Shown here piece by piece: positions 17,717 to 26,155 of a stretch of 63,412 nt of DNA. The translations under genes and the position numbers were made by a program. Numbering within the stretch: the first letter of the stretch is position 1; each line of letters begins with the position of its first letter. Source of the DNA: Candidatus Tenderia sp. (lineage in GTDB: Bacteria > Pseudomonadota > Gammaproteobacteria > Tenderiales > Tenderiaceae); NCBI GenBank assembly GCA_031416075.1, contig JANOSY010000020.1, positions 1 through 63,412 of the forward strand, read 5' to 3'. Under the pieces are notes generated by a model. It saw only the letters and a program-made list of their open reading frames with translations. It was not told the DNA's origin and made no database searches.

Positions 17717-19519
17717 ATGTGGATACTGGGCATCTCGGCCTACTATCACGACAGCGCAGCGGCGCTGATCCATGACGGTGAGATTATAGCTGCCGCGCAA
17801 GAGGAGCGTTTTACCCGCCAGAAACATTGCGCCGACTTTCCCCGGCAGGCGATTGAGTATTGTCTGCGGGAGGCAGGCATCACGGTTGAGCAGCTCGACC
17901 ACATCGTCTTTTATGACAAACCGTTCCTGAAGTTTGAACGGCTGCTGGAGAGTTACCACGCCTTCGCCCCGTCTGGTTTTCGTTCGTTTGTCACCGCCAT
18001 GCCGCTCTGGCTCAAGGAGAAGCTGTTTCAAAAACGGCTGCTGCAGCGTGAATTGGCGGCCCTGGCGCAGGGACCCGCTGAGGGGCTGGCACTGCGTGAG
18101 CGGCTGCTTTTTTCAGAGCATCACCTCTCACACGCCGCCTCCGCCTTCTACCCATCCCCCTTCGACAAGGCGCTGATCTTGACCATGGATGGTGTTGGCG
18201 AGTGGGCCACCACTTCGGTGATGTTGGGCGAGGGGCGTGATATTCGGCTACTGAAAGAGATCCACTTCCCCCACTCCCTGGGTCTGCTCTACTCCGCCTT
18301 TACCAGTTACTGTGGATTTAAAGTTAATGACGGTGAGTACAAACTGATGGGGCTGGCCCCCTATGGCAAACCCTGTTATGTGGAGCTGATCTGCCGGGAA
18401 TTGATCGATATTGCTGACGATGGCTCCTACCGCCTCAACATGCGCTACTTCAACTACTGCACCGGCCTGACCATGACCAACCGCCATTTTCATGCCCTGT
18501 TTGGTCGGGACCCACGCCAACCGGACTCCCCTATTACTGTGATGGATATGGATCTGGCCGCCTCGGTTCAGGCGGTGGCAGAGCGGGTGATCTTGACGCT
18601 GGCAACCGCGCTGCGTCAGGAGTATGGCATTGATAACCTCTGTCTGGCCGGGGGGGTGGCGCTTAACAGCGTCGCCAATGGCAAGCTACAACGTGCCGGC
18701 ACCTTTGGAAATATCTGGATTCAACCCGCCGCCGGGGATGCGGGCGGTGCGCTGGGGGCGGCGCTGGTGGGGTATCACCTGCATCGGCAGCAGCCACGCC
18801 GTCACCATCCCGCCCCGGATGGCATGAAGGGCAGTTATCTTGGCCCTGCGTTTACTGATGCGGAGATTGAACGGTTGTTACAGACAGAGGGGGTGCCATA
18901 TCAGCGGCTCGAACGGGATGGTCTGGTTAACAGCGCGGCGCAGGCCCTGGCGGATGAAAAAGTGGTGGGCTGGTTTCAGGGGCGCATGGAGTTTGGCCCA
19001 CGGGCCTTGGGCAACCGCAGTATTCTGGGGGATCCCCGTTCGCCACGCACCCAGTCGGTGATGAATCTGAAGATCAAAAACCGTGAATCGTTCCGCCCCT
19101 TTGCGCCATCGGTGTTGAGCGAGGATGTGGCTGACTATTTTGAACTGCATCAGCCCAGCCCCTACATGCTGCTGGTAGCGCCGCTGTTGCCGTCGCGGCG
19201 GCGCCAGTTGTCTGAATCAGAGCGCGAGGTGAACGGTGTCGAACAGGTCAACCTGGTGCGCTCCGATATTCCCGCAGTGACCCACATCGACTACTCGGCG
19301 CGGCTGCAATCGGTGAGTGCAGAGGCCAATCCGCTCTACCATCAGCTCATCAGTCGTTTCAAGGTCTTGACCGGTTATGGTCTGGTGGTTAATACCTCAT
19401 TCAACGTGCGTGACGAACCGATCATCTGCACGCCGCAACAGGCGCTTAACTGTTTCATGAAGACCGGGATGGATGAGCTCTATCTCGGCAGTTTTCGGCT
19501 GCAAAAGCCGCCGCAATAA
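17717..19519 (+). CDS. O-carbamoyltransferase (CmcH/NodU/SxtI family)
   Basis: ILGISAYYHDSAAAL, EHHLSHAASAF, GEYKLMGLAPYG, AGGVALN, EFGPRALGNRSIL, NTSFN. Confidence 0.95.
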   Translation: MWILGISAYYHDSAAALIHDGEIIAAAQEERFTRQKHCADFPRQAIEYCLREAGITVEQLDHIVFYDKPFLKFERLLESYHAFAPSGFRSFVTAMPLWLKEKLFQKRLLQRELAALAQGPAEGLALRERLLFSEHHLSHAASAFYPSPFDKALILTMDGVGEWATTSVMLGEGRDIRLLKEIHFPHSLGLLYSAFTSYCGFKVNDGEYKLMGLAPYGKPCYVELICRELIDIADDGSYRLNMRYFNYCTGLTMTNRHFHALFGRDPRQPDSPITVMDMDLAASVQAVAERVILTLATALRQEYGIDNLCLAGGVALNSVANGKLQRAGTFGNIWIQPAAGDAGGALGAALVGYHLHRQQPRRHHPAPDGMKGSYLGPAFTDAEIERLLQTEGVPYQRLERDGLVNSAAQALADEKVVGWFQGRMEFGPRALGNRSILGDPRSPRTQSVMNLKIKNRESFRPFAPSVLSEDVADYFELHQPSPYMLLVAPLLPSRRRQLSESEREVNGVEQVNLVRSDIPAVTHIDYSARLQSVSAEANPLYHQLISRFKVLTGYGLVVNTSFNVRDEPIICTPQQALNCFMKTGMDELYLGSFRLQKPPQ

Positions 19520-19524
19520 CAGCC

Positions 19525-20736
19525 CTACCAACCGTTACTACCGCCATGCCTGCCGCCGTTAAACGTGCCGTTACCGGTGCCATCATTGTTTTTACAGGCA
19601 CCAAAGCCGGACCAGTTGGGGTTTTGGGTGGAGTCGCAAAAATCGGCGTAGTTGACGTTGGCGGGGTTGAAGGCATCGCCGTTGGCGGCGCCCACATAGG
19701 TATAGGTGCCGTTGCTGCCCCCCTCTTCAGTACCGGCGGTGTAGGTGTAGCGGCCAGCGGTGGGGGTGGAGTTCTGGTTGTCGGTGGCGTAGTTGTAATC
19801 CCCAGTGGTGCCATAGATGGACGAACCGCCCAGGGTCACGGTATTGGTGATCCCCGCCCCGGCCTTTTTGGTGACATTGGTGTGGCGGGTCAGTTGCGAA
19901 TTGATGGCGACATAGTTGATGGTGGTGTCGGTGGCGACCACCGGGATGGCGCTGGTGCTGCTGTGGCCCAGGGCGCGGGCATCCAGGATCACGGTGCTGA
20001 CCATGTCGGTGGCGCTGCCGGTATAGCCGGCACCGTAGGTGGTGTCCTGGTCAGTATTGCCATTTTTAGTGATCTGCGAGATCAAGGGTTTGTTGGCAAA
20101 GGTGTCTTTGAGGAAGATCATCTCGGTATCGGCATCCTTGAGGAACTGGTGCATGATGATCTTGGTGGGGTTGCCGGTGCCGGTGCCGGTTTTGAGTGCG
20201 TCGCTACCGGACACGTCATAGGGTTTGGCCATGTTGTAGAGCTGGTTGCTGGTATTAAAGGCGGTGGTGCCGTTGTAGGCGCTGGCGGTGCGGTAAACGC
20301 CAGAGGTATAGGCAGAACCATAGGTGGAGTCAGCGGCAATAATGTACTCCAGGGCAAAGTTATCACCGAGGGCGTAATCACCAATGATCACTTGGTAGTA
20401 CCACTTGCTGGTGGTGGTGTCCAGGAACATGCGTTGAAAAAAGCCGCCGGGGTCGTCGTGGCTGCCTGCTAACTGGTTGCCGCAGTTGTAGCTGGCGGAT
20501 ACCGAGGTGTAGCAGGCTACCCAGGCGTCGTTGCTGCTGTAGGAAACACCAGTGGTGCTGGCACCGTTATTAATTTTTTCATCGTTATTGAAGTTGAGGT
20601 TGAACTCCGCCTGGCTGCTGGGAATGGCCGGCAGCAGGAGCAGGCTGATGGCCAGGGCTACCCCCGTTGCTATCCTGATTTTTCGTCCGTGGTCGTGAAG
20701 CTGGCCCTCAATGGCGCAATGTTCTGTTAATTTCAT
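19525..20736 (-). CDS. Secreted hypothetical protein, EFxLNF family paralogue 1
   Basis: Signal peptide ending SQA|EFNLNF; shares motifs with the genes at 21124 and 24197. Confidence 0.85.
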   Translation of the reverse strand: MKLTEHCAIEGQLHDHGRKIRIATGVALAISLLLLPAIPSSQAEFNLNFNNDEKINNGASTTGVSYSSNDAWVACYTSVSASYNCGNQLAGSHDDPGGFFQRMFLDTTTSKWYYQVIIGDYALGDNFALEYIIAADSTYGSAYTSGVYRTASAYNGTTAFNTSNQLYNMAKPYDVSGSDALKTGTGTGNPTKIIMHQFLKDADTEMIFLKDTFANKPLISQITKNGNTDQDTTYGAGYTGSATDMVSTVILDARALGHSSTSAIPVVATDTTINYVAINSQLTRHTNVTKKAGAGITNTVTLGGSSIYGTTGDYNYATDNQNSTPTAGRYTYTAGTEEGGSNGTYTYVGAANGDAFNPANVNYADFCDSTQNPNWSGFGACKNNDGTGNGTFNGGRHGGSNGW

Positions 20737-21123
20737 ATCGCACCTGCCTGCTGATCTCGTGTCAGGGCTCCCTCTGACGTTCTTTAATGTGTGCTGAGCG
20801 GTACCCGTATTCAGGGCTTTACTCTGTTTGTCTGTAAGGAAACTCTAATGCTTATTGGTACTGTTATGTATCGGTCAAATAACTTAGAAACTTTAAGGGA
20901 GAAGTCAATATTGGTGCTGTGCAGGCGGGCCTGTAGATTGATTAGTGCCGCGTGTATTGTCTGTTAATAATGTGTTAATGTGACACACATGTTCACAAAG
21001 TGACGCTAATAGTCACGTTTAGATTGTGGGTTTGTGGCGGGTAAGTACAAAAAATAATAATTAAATCAGTGATGTTGCAATTCATGAGAGTTGTCTCGTT
21101 GAGTTAATGGCTTTGAGGTGCCT

Positions 21124-22080
21124 ATGGGGAATCGGCTGTCTGGACATCGTGTAGTACGTGGCCCCCTGTTAGGTGGGCTGCTGCTGATGGTTGCGCCCCT
21201 GGGGGCAGAGTTTGCCCTGAACTTCACCCCCGGCAATGTTGGTGGTGGCGGCGGCTGGGGCGGGGGGGGTGGTGCCGGCGGCTGGGCTGATGTGGAGTGT
21301 AATGGTAGCACCACGGGTGGCAGTGGCTGGGGCGGTACGGGCGGCGGCTGGGGCAGCGGTTTTCGTGGGTGCGGTAACGGTTACTTTCTGCAAGAGACTA
21401 ATAGTGGTTATTACCATGTGATCGTAGGTGACCCAACAACGGACTTTGCGTTGGAGTTCTATATTGGTGGCACCGGTAACTCAGCATCGGGTGGCGATTT
21501 TAATAACTGGCGTTACCCGTTGAGCAGTAATGCGGGGTTGACGGGGAACGGTTCGGGCGACGCCACCCGAGTCCACATGCGGCAGCTGGTCAAGGGTGTG
21601 GGCATGGATCAGGAGTTTCTCAAGGCCCAAAATGCCACCAAGCCTAAAATCACCCAAACCATCAACAACGCTGGTCTTACGTCGCAGTTTTCCGTGGATA
21701 TGACCAACTCATCCTATGCCACCAGGACTACCGCGGGGGTGATGGTGAATAAACAGACACTGGTTGTGGATGGCCTGCCTGTGGGCGCGGCTGACTTTGA
21801 TATGGGTAGGGATAGCCAGACAAGCCAGGTGACGGCGGGGCAATACTCCCGGGGCAGCGGGGTGGGGGCCAGTTATAGCTACCTGTATGGTGGGTTTAAT
21901 GTCACTGCTGTTGACTGGATACGTTACTGCGACCCGGCCCAGAATACGGATCACAAATGTGATTTGGCCGGTGGCACCAGTTTGGGTTCCAGCCGTGGTG
22001 GGTGGGGGGCAGGCGGTGCCAGCTGGGGAAGTGGCACCAGTTGGGGCGGTGGAGGCAGTGGCGGCGGTTTTGGCTGGTGA
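21124..22080 (+). CDS. Secreted Gly/Trp-rich hypothetical protein, EFxLNF family paralogue 2
   Basis: GAGG RBS; signal peptide ending LGA|EFALNF; GGGWGG-type low-complexity tracts at both ends. Confidence 0.85.
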   Translation: MGNRLSGHRVVRGPLLGGLLLMVAPLGAEFALNFTPGNVGGGGGWGGGGGAGGWADVECNGSTTGGSGWGGTGGGWGSGFRGCGNGYFLQETNSGYYHVIVGDPTTDFALEFYIGGTGNSASGGDFNNWRYPLSSNAGLTGNGSGDATRVHMRQLVKGVGMDQEFLKAQNATKPKITQTINNAGLTSQFSVDMTNSSYATRTTAGVMVNKQTLVVDGLPVGAADFDMGRDSQTSQVTAGQYSRGSGVGASYSYLYGGFNVTAVDWIRYCDPAQNTDHKCDLAGGTSLGSSRGGWGAGGASWGSGTSWGGGGSGGGFGW

Positions 22081-22174
22081 TGTGGCGGTCCTCGGCGGGG
22101 GCTGGAAATGGTGTGAGAGTAGTCGGTATGCCGCATAGCTGAACGCCTGCTGGCGTTCCGATTCCATATATTAG

Positions 22175-22265
22175 GGAACCTCTGAATAACCCCATTCGTC
22201 CTGAGCCTGTCGAAGGGCTGGTGACGTAACGTGTTGGCTTTTAAGAGTCCGCCATTAGCACATGG
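22175..22265. mobile_element. Partial copy of the MITE at 25422-25551 (opposite orientation)
   Basis: TTAG|GGAACCTCTGAATAACCCCATTCGTCCTGAGCCTGTCGAAGGGCTGG matches the reverse complement of the 25422 copy; the second end is missing. Confidence 0.75.
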
Positions 22266-22436
22266 GTGTGGCTAGATGAATAGGGTGCGGGCGTGGACCG
22301 TTGGCCGGGCAAAGTTGAGCCGGATAGTGGGAAGCAGCGCCTCACTCCATTGGCGGGCAACGGGGTGTTTGTCGCCGTTCTGAGGTCGATCAGAAAAACA
22401 GTCGCTGAGCAGCAGGGTGACGCCTGGCGGGATGCG

Positions 22437-24128
22437 CTATTTTTTTGCCTGTGGCGGAGTGCCGTATTGGCGTCGGCCAAACACGCCGCAGGCGCTGATA
22501 CCCAGCAGCAGCTCTAGCCAGCCGAATGCACCACCACCACTGGTTGTCTCCTGTCTATTCTGGGCATTGTCGGTTGGCGCGGTGTTCTCTTCTTTGATTG
22601 TATCGGGGTTTGTATCGGGTTCGTCTGGCGGAGTCAGGGGGGTGGCCTCAATAACGGGGGTGGCAGGTAGCACCTCTTGGGACTCAATCAGGAATATTTC
22701 GCTGTTCAGGTCACTATTGCCACCACTCAGGTTGCTGCTGGTATGGAGGGTGATACGTTTAGCATCGGCGCTGATGCTGGGGCGTAGCCGACTGCTATCT
22801 GTACCCGCAAAGGTGAGCTGTTTAACCACGGGACGGCCTGTGGCGTTGAGTGGTGCGTTGAGGTCGATCATGGCTAGCTCATACTTCTTTGATCCGGCGG
22901 CCAGATCAGCGCGGGAGCGGGTGCTAAAGACAATTTTGTCGCCTTGGGCGCTGATCTCGGGCCAGTGGGCGTCATCATCGCTGTTTCTCCAACCGGAACC
23001 ACTGGTGTAGGCGTTGGCATTGTCGCTGAAGGTGAGCTGGCGCAAGCCGCCGCCACTGCGTTGGGCGATGAAGATGACATCAGCAAGAAACGGGTTACTG
23101 CCTGGGACGGTGCGGTTGGGGGTGTTAACCCCTTCACCGTCAGGGTTGATGCAGCCTGAAAAGGCGATCCAGCTGCCGTCGTAGGAGAGGCTGGGTTCAA
23201 AGGCATCTTCAGCCCGGATGTGGACGGGGGCATCCACATCGGTATTGGTTATCTGGGTTGTGTACTGCTTCAGGGTGCTGAAGGTTGCCCCTTGTGCCTG
23301 ATAGCCTGCCAGATCGAAGAGAAATACTTCGTTGTTCCAGTCGTCGTTCATGGGGGGCAGCAGGTCGTTGAAGGAGTCGAAGGCGAGGGTGCTGCCGTCG
23401 CCGGAGAGGGCGACATTGCGTGAGTCGTCGCTGCGGATGTTCCTGCCGGTGGGGTAGGGCACGCCGTGGGTAATCTGTGTCAGTTGTGTGCCATTGGCAT
23501 GGATGACAAAGATCTCTTTGGTATGGTCACTGTTTTGACCGGCAATCAAATCCTGGGTTGATTCAAAGGCGATGGTCTGGCCATCGTCTGAGATGCGTGG
23601 CTTGATCGAGTGTCCACCACTGCCATGGGTTAGCTGGCGGAGATCGCTGCCATCGCTGTTGATAGTGAAGATCTGGTAGTTGGGCAGGTAGTAACCGGCA
23701 TCGGCAAAAAACTCCGGGGGATTTTCGCCGGTCAGATCAAAGTAGGAGGCAAAAACCACCACCTTGCCATTGGCGGAGAGCCGCGGCGGGGTACTGGTGG
23801 TGTAATAGGCAGTGCTCTCCACGGGAGTGGTGGGTCTGGTGGCGTGGGTGAGCTGGCGCAGTGCGGAGCCGTTACTGGCCATGATGTAGAGATTGTCCAG
23901 ATGGTCAGGATTACTGCCGGGGACCACATCAGCATTTGCGGTGAAGACGATGGCAGAGCCATCTTTGGCGATGTCTGGGTCCCGCGCCTCATATTGCAAG
24001 GCGGAGGTAGAGCGGGAGTCTGTTAGCTGCGTAATGGTGACGGTGACGCTGGCCGCCGCGACCGTAGCGCTGGCCAGTAGCGCCCAGGTGGCTAGTCGGA
24101 TAAGGGGGTGTGAGGTGTGGTGGTTCAT
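22437..24128 (-). CDS. Secreted TolB-like/PD40 beta-propeller protein with GlyGly-CTERM anchor
   Basis: Signal peptide; repeated P.IS.DG..I.F.S...DL...N.D...EIF....G..L.QLT; C-terminus SGGGAFGWLELLLG...RR. Confidence 0.85.
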   Translation of the reverse strand: MNHHTSHPLIRLATWALLASATVAAASVTVTITQLTDSRSTSALQYEARDPDIAKDGSAIVFTANADVVPGSNPDHLDNLYIMASNGSALRQLTHATRPTTPVESTAYYTTSTPPRLSANGKVVVFASYFDLTGENPPEFFADAGYYLPNYQIFTINSDGSDLRQLTHGSGGHSIKPRISDDGQTIAFESTQDLIAGQNSDHTKEIFVIHANGTQLTQITHGVPYPTGRNIRSDDSRNVALSGDGSTLAFDSFNDLLPPMNDDWNNEVFLFDLAGYQAQGATFSTLKQYTTQITNTDVDAPVHIRAEDAFEPSLSYDGSWIAFSGCINPDGEGVNTPNRTVPGSNPFLADVIFIAQRSGGGLRQLTFSDNANAYTSGSGWRNSDDDAHWPEISAQGDKIVFSTRSRADLAAGSKKYELAMIDLNAPLNATGRPVVKQLTFAGTDSSRLRPSISADAKRITLHTSSNLSGGNSDLNSEIFLIESQEVLPATPVIEATPLTPPDEPDTNPDTIKEENTAPTDNAQNRQETTSGGGAFGWLELLLGISACGVFGRRQYGTPPQAKK

Positions 24129-24196
24129 AGTATACGTCTCTAAATTAGGTGTATCAGATGTGGGCCGTTCCCTGGTGGTGGGACTCTGCGTGGCCC

Positions 24197-25168
24197 TTAG
24201 TCCTTCCCGCCGCCGCCATAGAGGTGGGTGGCGTTTTGGGCCGGGTTGCGCCACTCTTTCCAGAGTTCTGTCCAGGTATCGAAGTGGTTGCCGGTGCTGC
24301 TTACATACTCATTTTCAAAGCTGCTGCCCGTCATGGAGCTGGTGTAGCGTTTGCTGTAGAGATATTTACCGCCCGTGATGTTGACGCTGCTATCGCTGCC
24401 TGCGGGCATGTTGTTGATATTAAAGTCGCTGACAAAGGCCCCATCGCGGATGCTCATCTGGTTTTTGAGCATCACGCCGGCGATGTTGGCCTGATCAAAG
24501 GTGCTGTTGCTCATATCCAAATCAAACTGATGGCTCAGCGCACCGGCATTGATGTTCTGAGTGATGCGCTGTTTCTTATTAAAACTGGCCTTGGTCACCT
24601 CTTGATAGAGTCCGCCGCTGTCGATCGCCTGACGAAACTGGGTGCTTTTAGGGTTGGCGGTACCGCTGCCGGAGAATTTGGCCGGACCCAGTGGGTCGTA
24701 GGCGTTGTCCGGGCCTTTATCGATGGGCGTCCAGTTGCCAAGTGAGTCTGATATGGGGCCTAAGTCATCCACCTCTGTCTGGGGCAGTGTGTTGAAACCG
24801 CCGTTGTCGTTGTTCATGTAGCGAACAATCTTGATGTAGGACTCCTGCACAAAGTCGCTGTTGGGCAGGCCAACGATGGTGTGGTAATACTGCTCTCCTG
24901 TGGTTGTGTCGCGAATCCGTTCCATCAAAAACGGGCTGGTATCACGGCCATTGTTGTTACGGAACTCATCATTTTCATCACACTTTTCAAAACCACCGCT
25001 GGGGGCACTGGGGCGATTGCAATTGAAATTTAACCACTCCGGATCACCCAGACGGGTGAGCTGGGGCTGGAAGTTGAGTGAAAACTCGGCGTTGGCAGTG
25101 GCTGGAAGTAACATCAGCAGTGCTACAACGGGGCCGCAATAACCTTTATTTGGATATGCCATAGTCAT
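24197..25168 (-). CDS. Secreted hypothetical protein, EFxLNF family paralogue 3
   Basis: Signal peptide ending ANA|EFSLNF; shared family motifs; start could also be 25162. Confidence 0.85.
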   Translation of the reverse strand: MTMAYPNKGYCGPVVALLMLLPATANAEFSLNFQPQLTRLGDPEWLNFNCNRPSAPSGGFEKCDENDEFRNNNGRDTSPFLMERIRDTTTGEQYYHTIVGLPNSDFVQESYIKIVRYMNNDNGGFNTLPQTEVDDLGPISDSLGNWTPIDKGPDNAYDPLGPAKFSGSGTANPKSTQFRQAIDSGGLYQEVTKASFNKKQRITQNINAGALSHQFDLDMSNSTFDQANIAGVMLKNQMSIRDGAFVSDFNINNMPAGSDSSVNITGGKYLYSKRYTSSMTGSSFENEYVSSTGNHFDTWTELWKEWRNPAQNATHLYGGGGKD

Positions 25169-25421
25169 AGGCCCTGTCAGTTTGGGATTGGTAAAATGTC
25201 TGAAACCCACGCAAGGCCATCCGTGAACGAGCAGTGGGGTCTGTTAGAGTGTTGTTTTTATTGATGTTATGTTTTGTGTTAACAGCGGCAAGAATACAAA
25301 AACAGGCCAAATATTAACAATTATTAATAATATAATAATTATTTGTTAATACTTGTGCAATAGATGGCCTGTCTCTATGGCCAGCTCTTGGTGCTGAGAC
25401 GGTGGCCATTGACCTGTTTAG

Positions 25422-25551
25422 GGAACCCCTGAATAAGCCCACCGTTCGTGGTGAGCTTGTCGAACCATGAATGGAGGACAGTTAACCATCAATACGTTAC
25501 GTTGCCAGCCCTTCGACAGGCTCAGGGCGAACGGGGTTATTCAGAGGTTCC
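25422..25551. mobile_element. 130-bp MITE with IS5-like terminal inverted repeats and TTAG target duplication
   Basis: TTAG (25418-21) GGAACCCCTGAATAA ... TTATTCAGAGGTTCC TTAG (25552-55); 15-bp TIR with one mismatch; internal REP-like inverted pair. Confidence 0.85.
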
Positions 25552-25596
25552 TTAGGTAGATATTTGGTTATTACGGGGTGATGTGAGGCGGTCCGG

Positions 25597-26154
25597 TCAC
25601 TCGCGGATGACTTTGCCGCTAATGAGATCGATAATTTTGCTGGGGGCGGTTTTGGCGCTGCTTAAACCGCTCACGGCTGCATCCAGATGGTAGCCAAAGT
25701 AACGCCGTACTGTCAGCAGTGAACGGGCCGGGGTGAGCCCTGCGGGGTTGGCGCTGGTGGAGACAATGGCGCTGCCAAGCTGTTGGCAGAGTTGCTGGGC
25801 GGTGGCGCTGGTGGTGATACGCACGGCGATGGAGTGGTGTTTGCCGCAGAGCCAGCGTGGCACATCGCTACGTAGTGGACAGATCCAGGTGGTGGGGCGG
25901 GGCGTTGCCTGGGTCAATTTGCTGAGTTGTGTTTGATCTTGTATGTCGATGTAGGGCAGCAGCTGTTGCAGATTGGCACCGATGAGGATCAACCCTTTTT
26001 CTTGTGGCCGCTGTTTGAGTTCGAGGATGCGTTCGACGGCCTGGCCATCCAGTGGGTCGCAGCCGAGGCCAAAGACAGTCTCGGTGGGGTAGGCGATAAC
26101 ACCGCCCGCGCTAAGGGCGCGAACGGCTTGGCGGATCTGCCAGGGGGATGGCAC
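25597..26154 (-). CDS. tsaC: L-threonylcarbamoyladenylate synthase (Sua5/YrdC/TsaC)
   Basis: GGVIAYPTETVFGLGCDP, KQRPQEKGLILI, VSTSAN; GTG start next to the purD stop. Confidence 0.9.
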   Translation of the reverse strand: MPSPWQIRQAVRALSAGGVIAYPTETVFGLGCDPLDGQAVERILELKQRPQEKGLILIGANLQQLLPYIDIQDQTQLSKLTQATPRPTTWICPLRSDVPRWLCGKHHSIAVRITTSATAQQLCQQLGSAIVSTSANPAGLTPARSLLTVRRYFGYHLDAAVSGLSSAKTAPSKIIDLISGKVIRE

Positions 26155-26155
26155 G

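Noticed and set aside
17166-19519. Saxitoxin biosynthesis cluster
   Set aside because: Only sxtI/J/K-like genes are present; core genes such as sxtA and sxtG are absent and the trio is widespread in non-producers
21124-22080. Gly-rich protein as a RiPP or microcin precursor
   Set aside because: It has a Sec signal and a ~250-aa core shared with two paralogues; no YcaO, radical SAM or peptidase-transporter genes nearby
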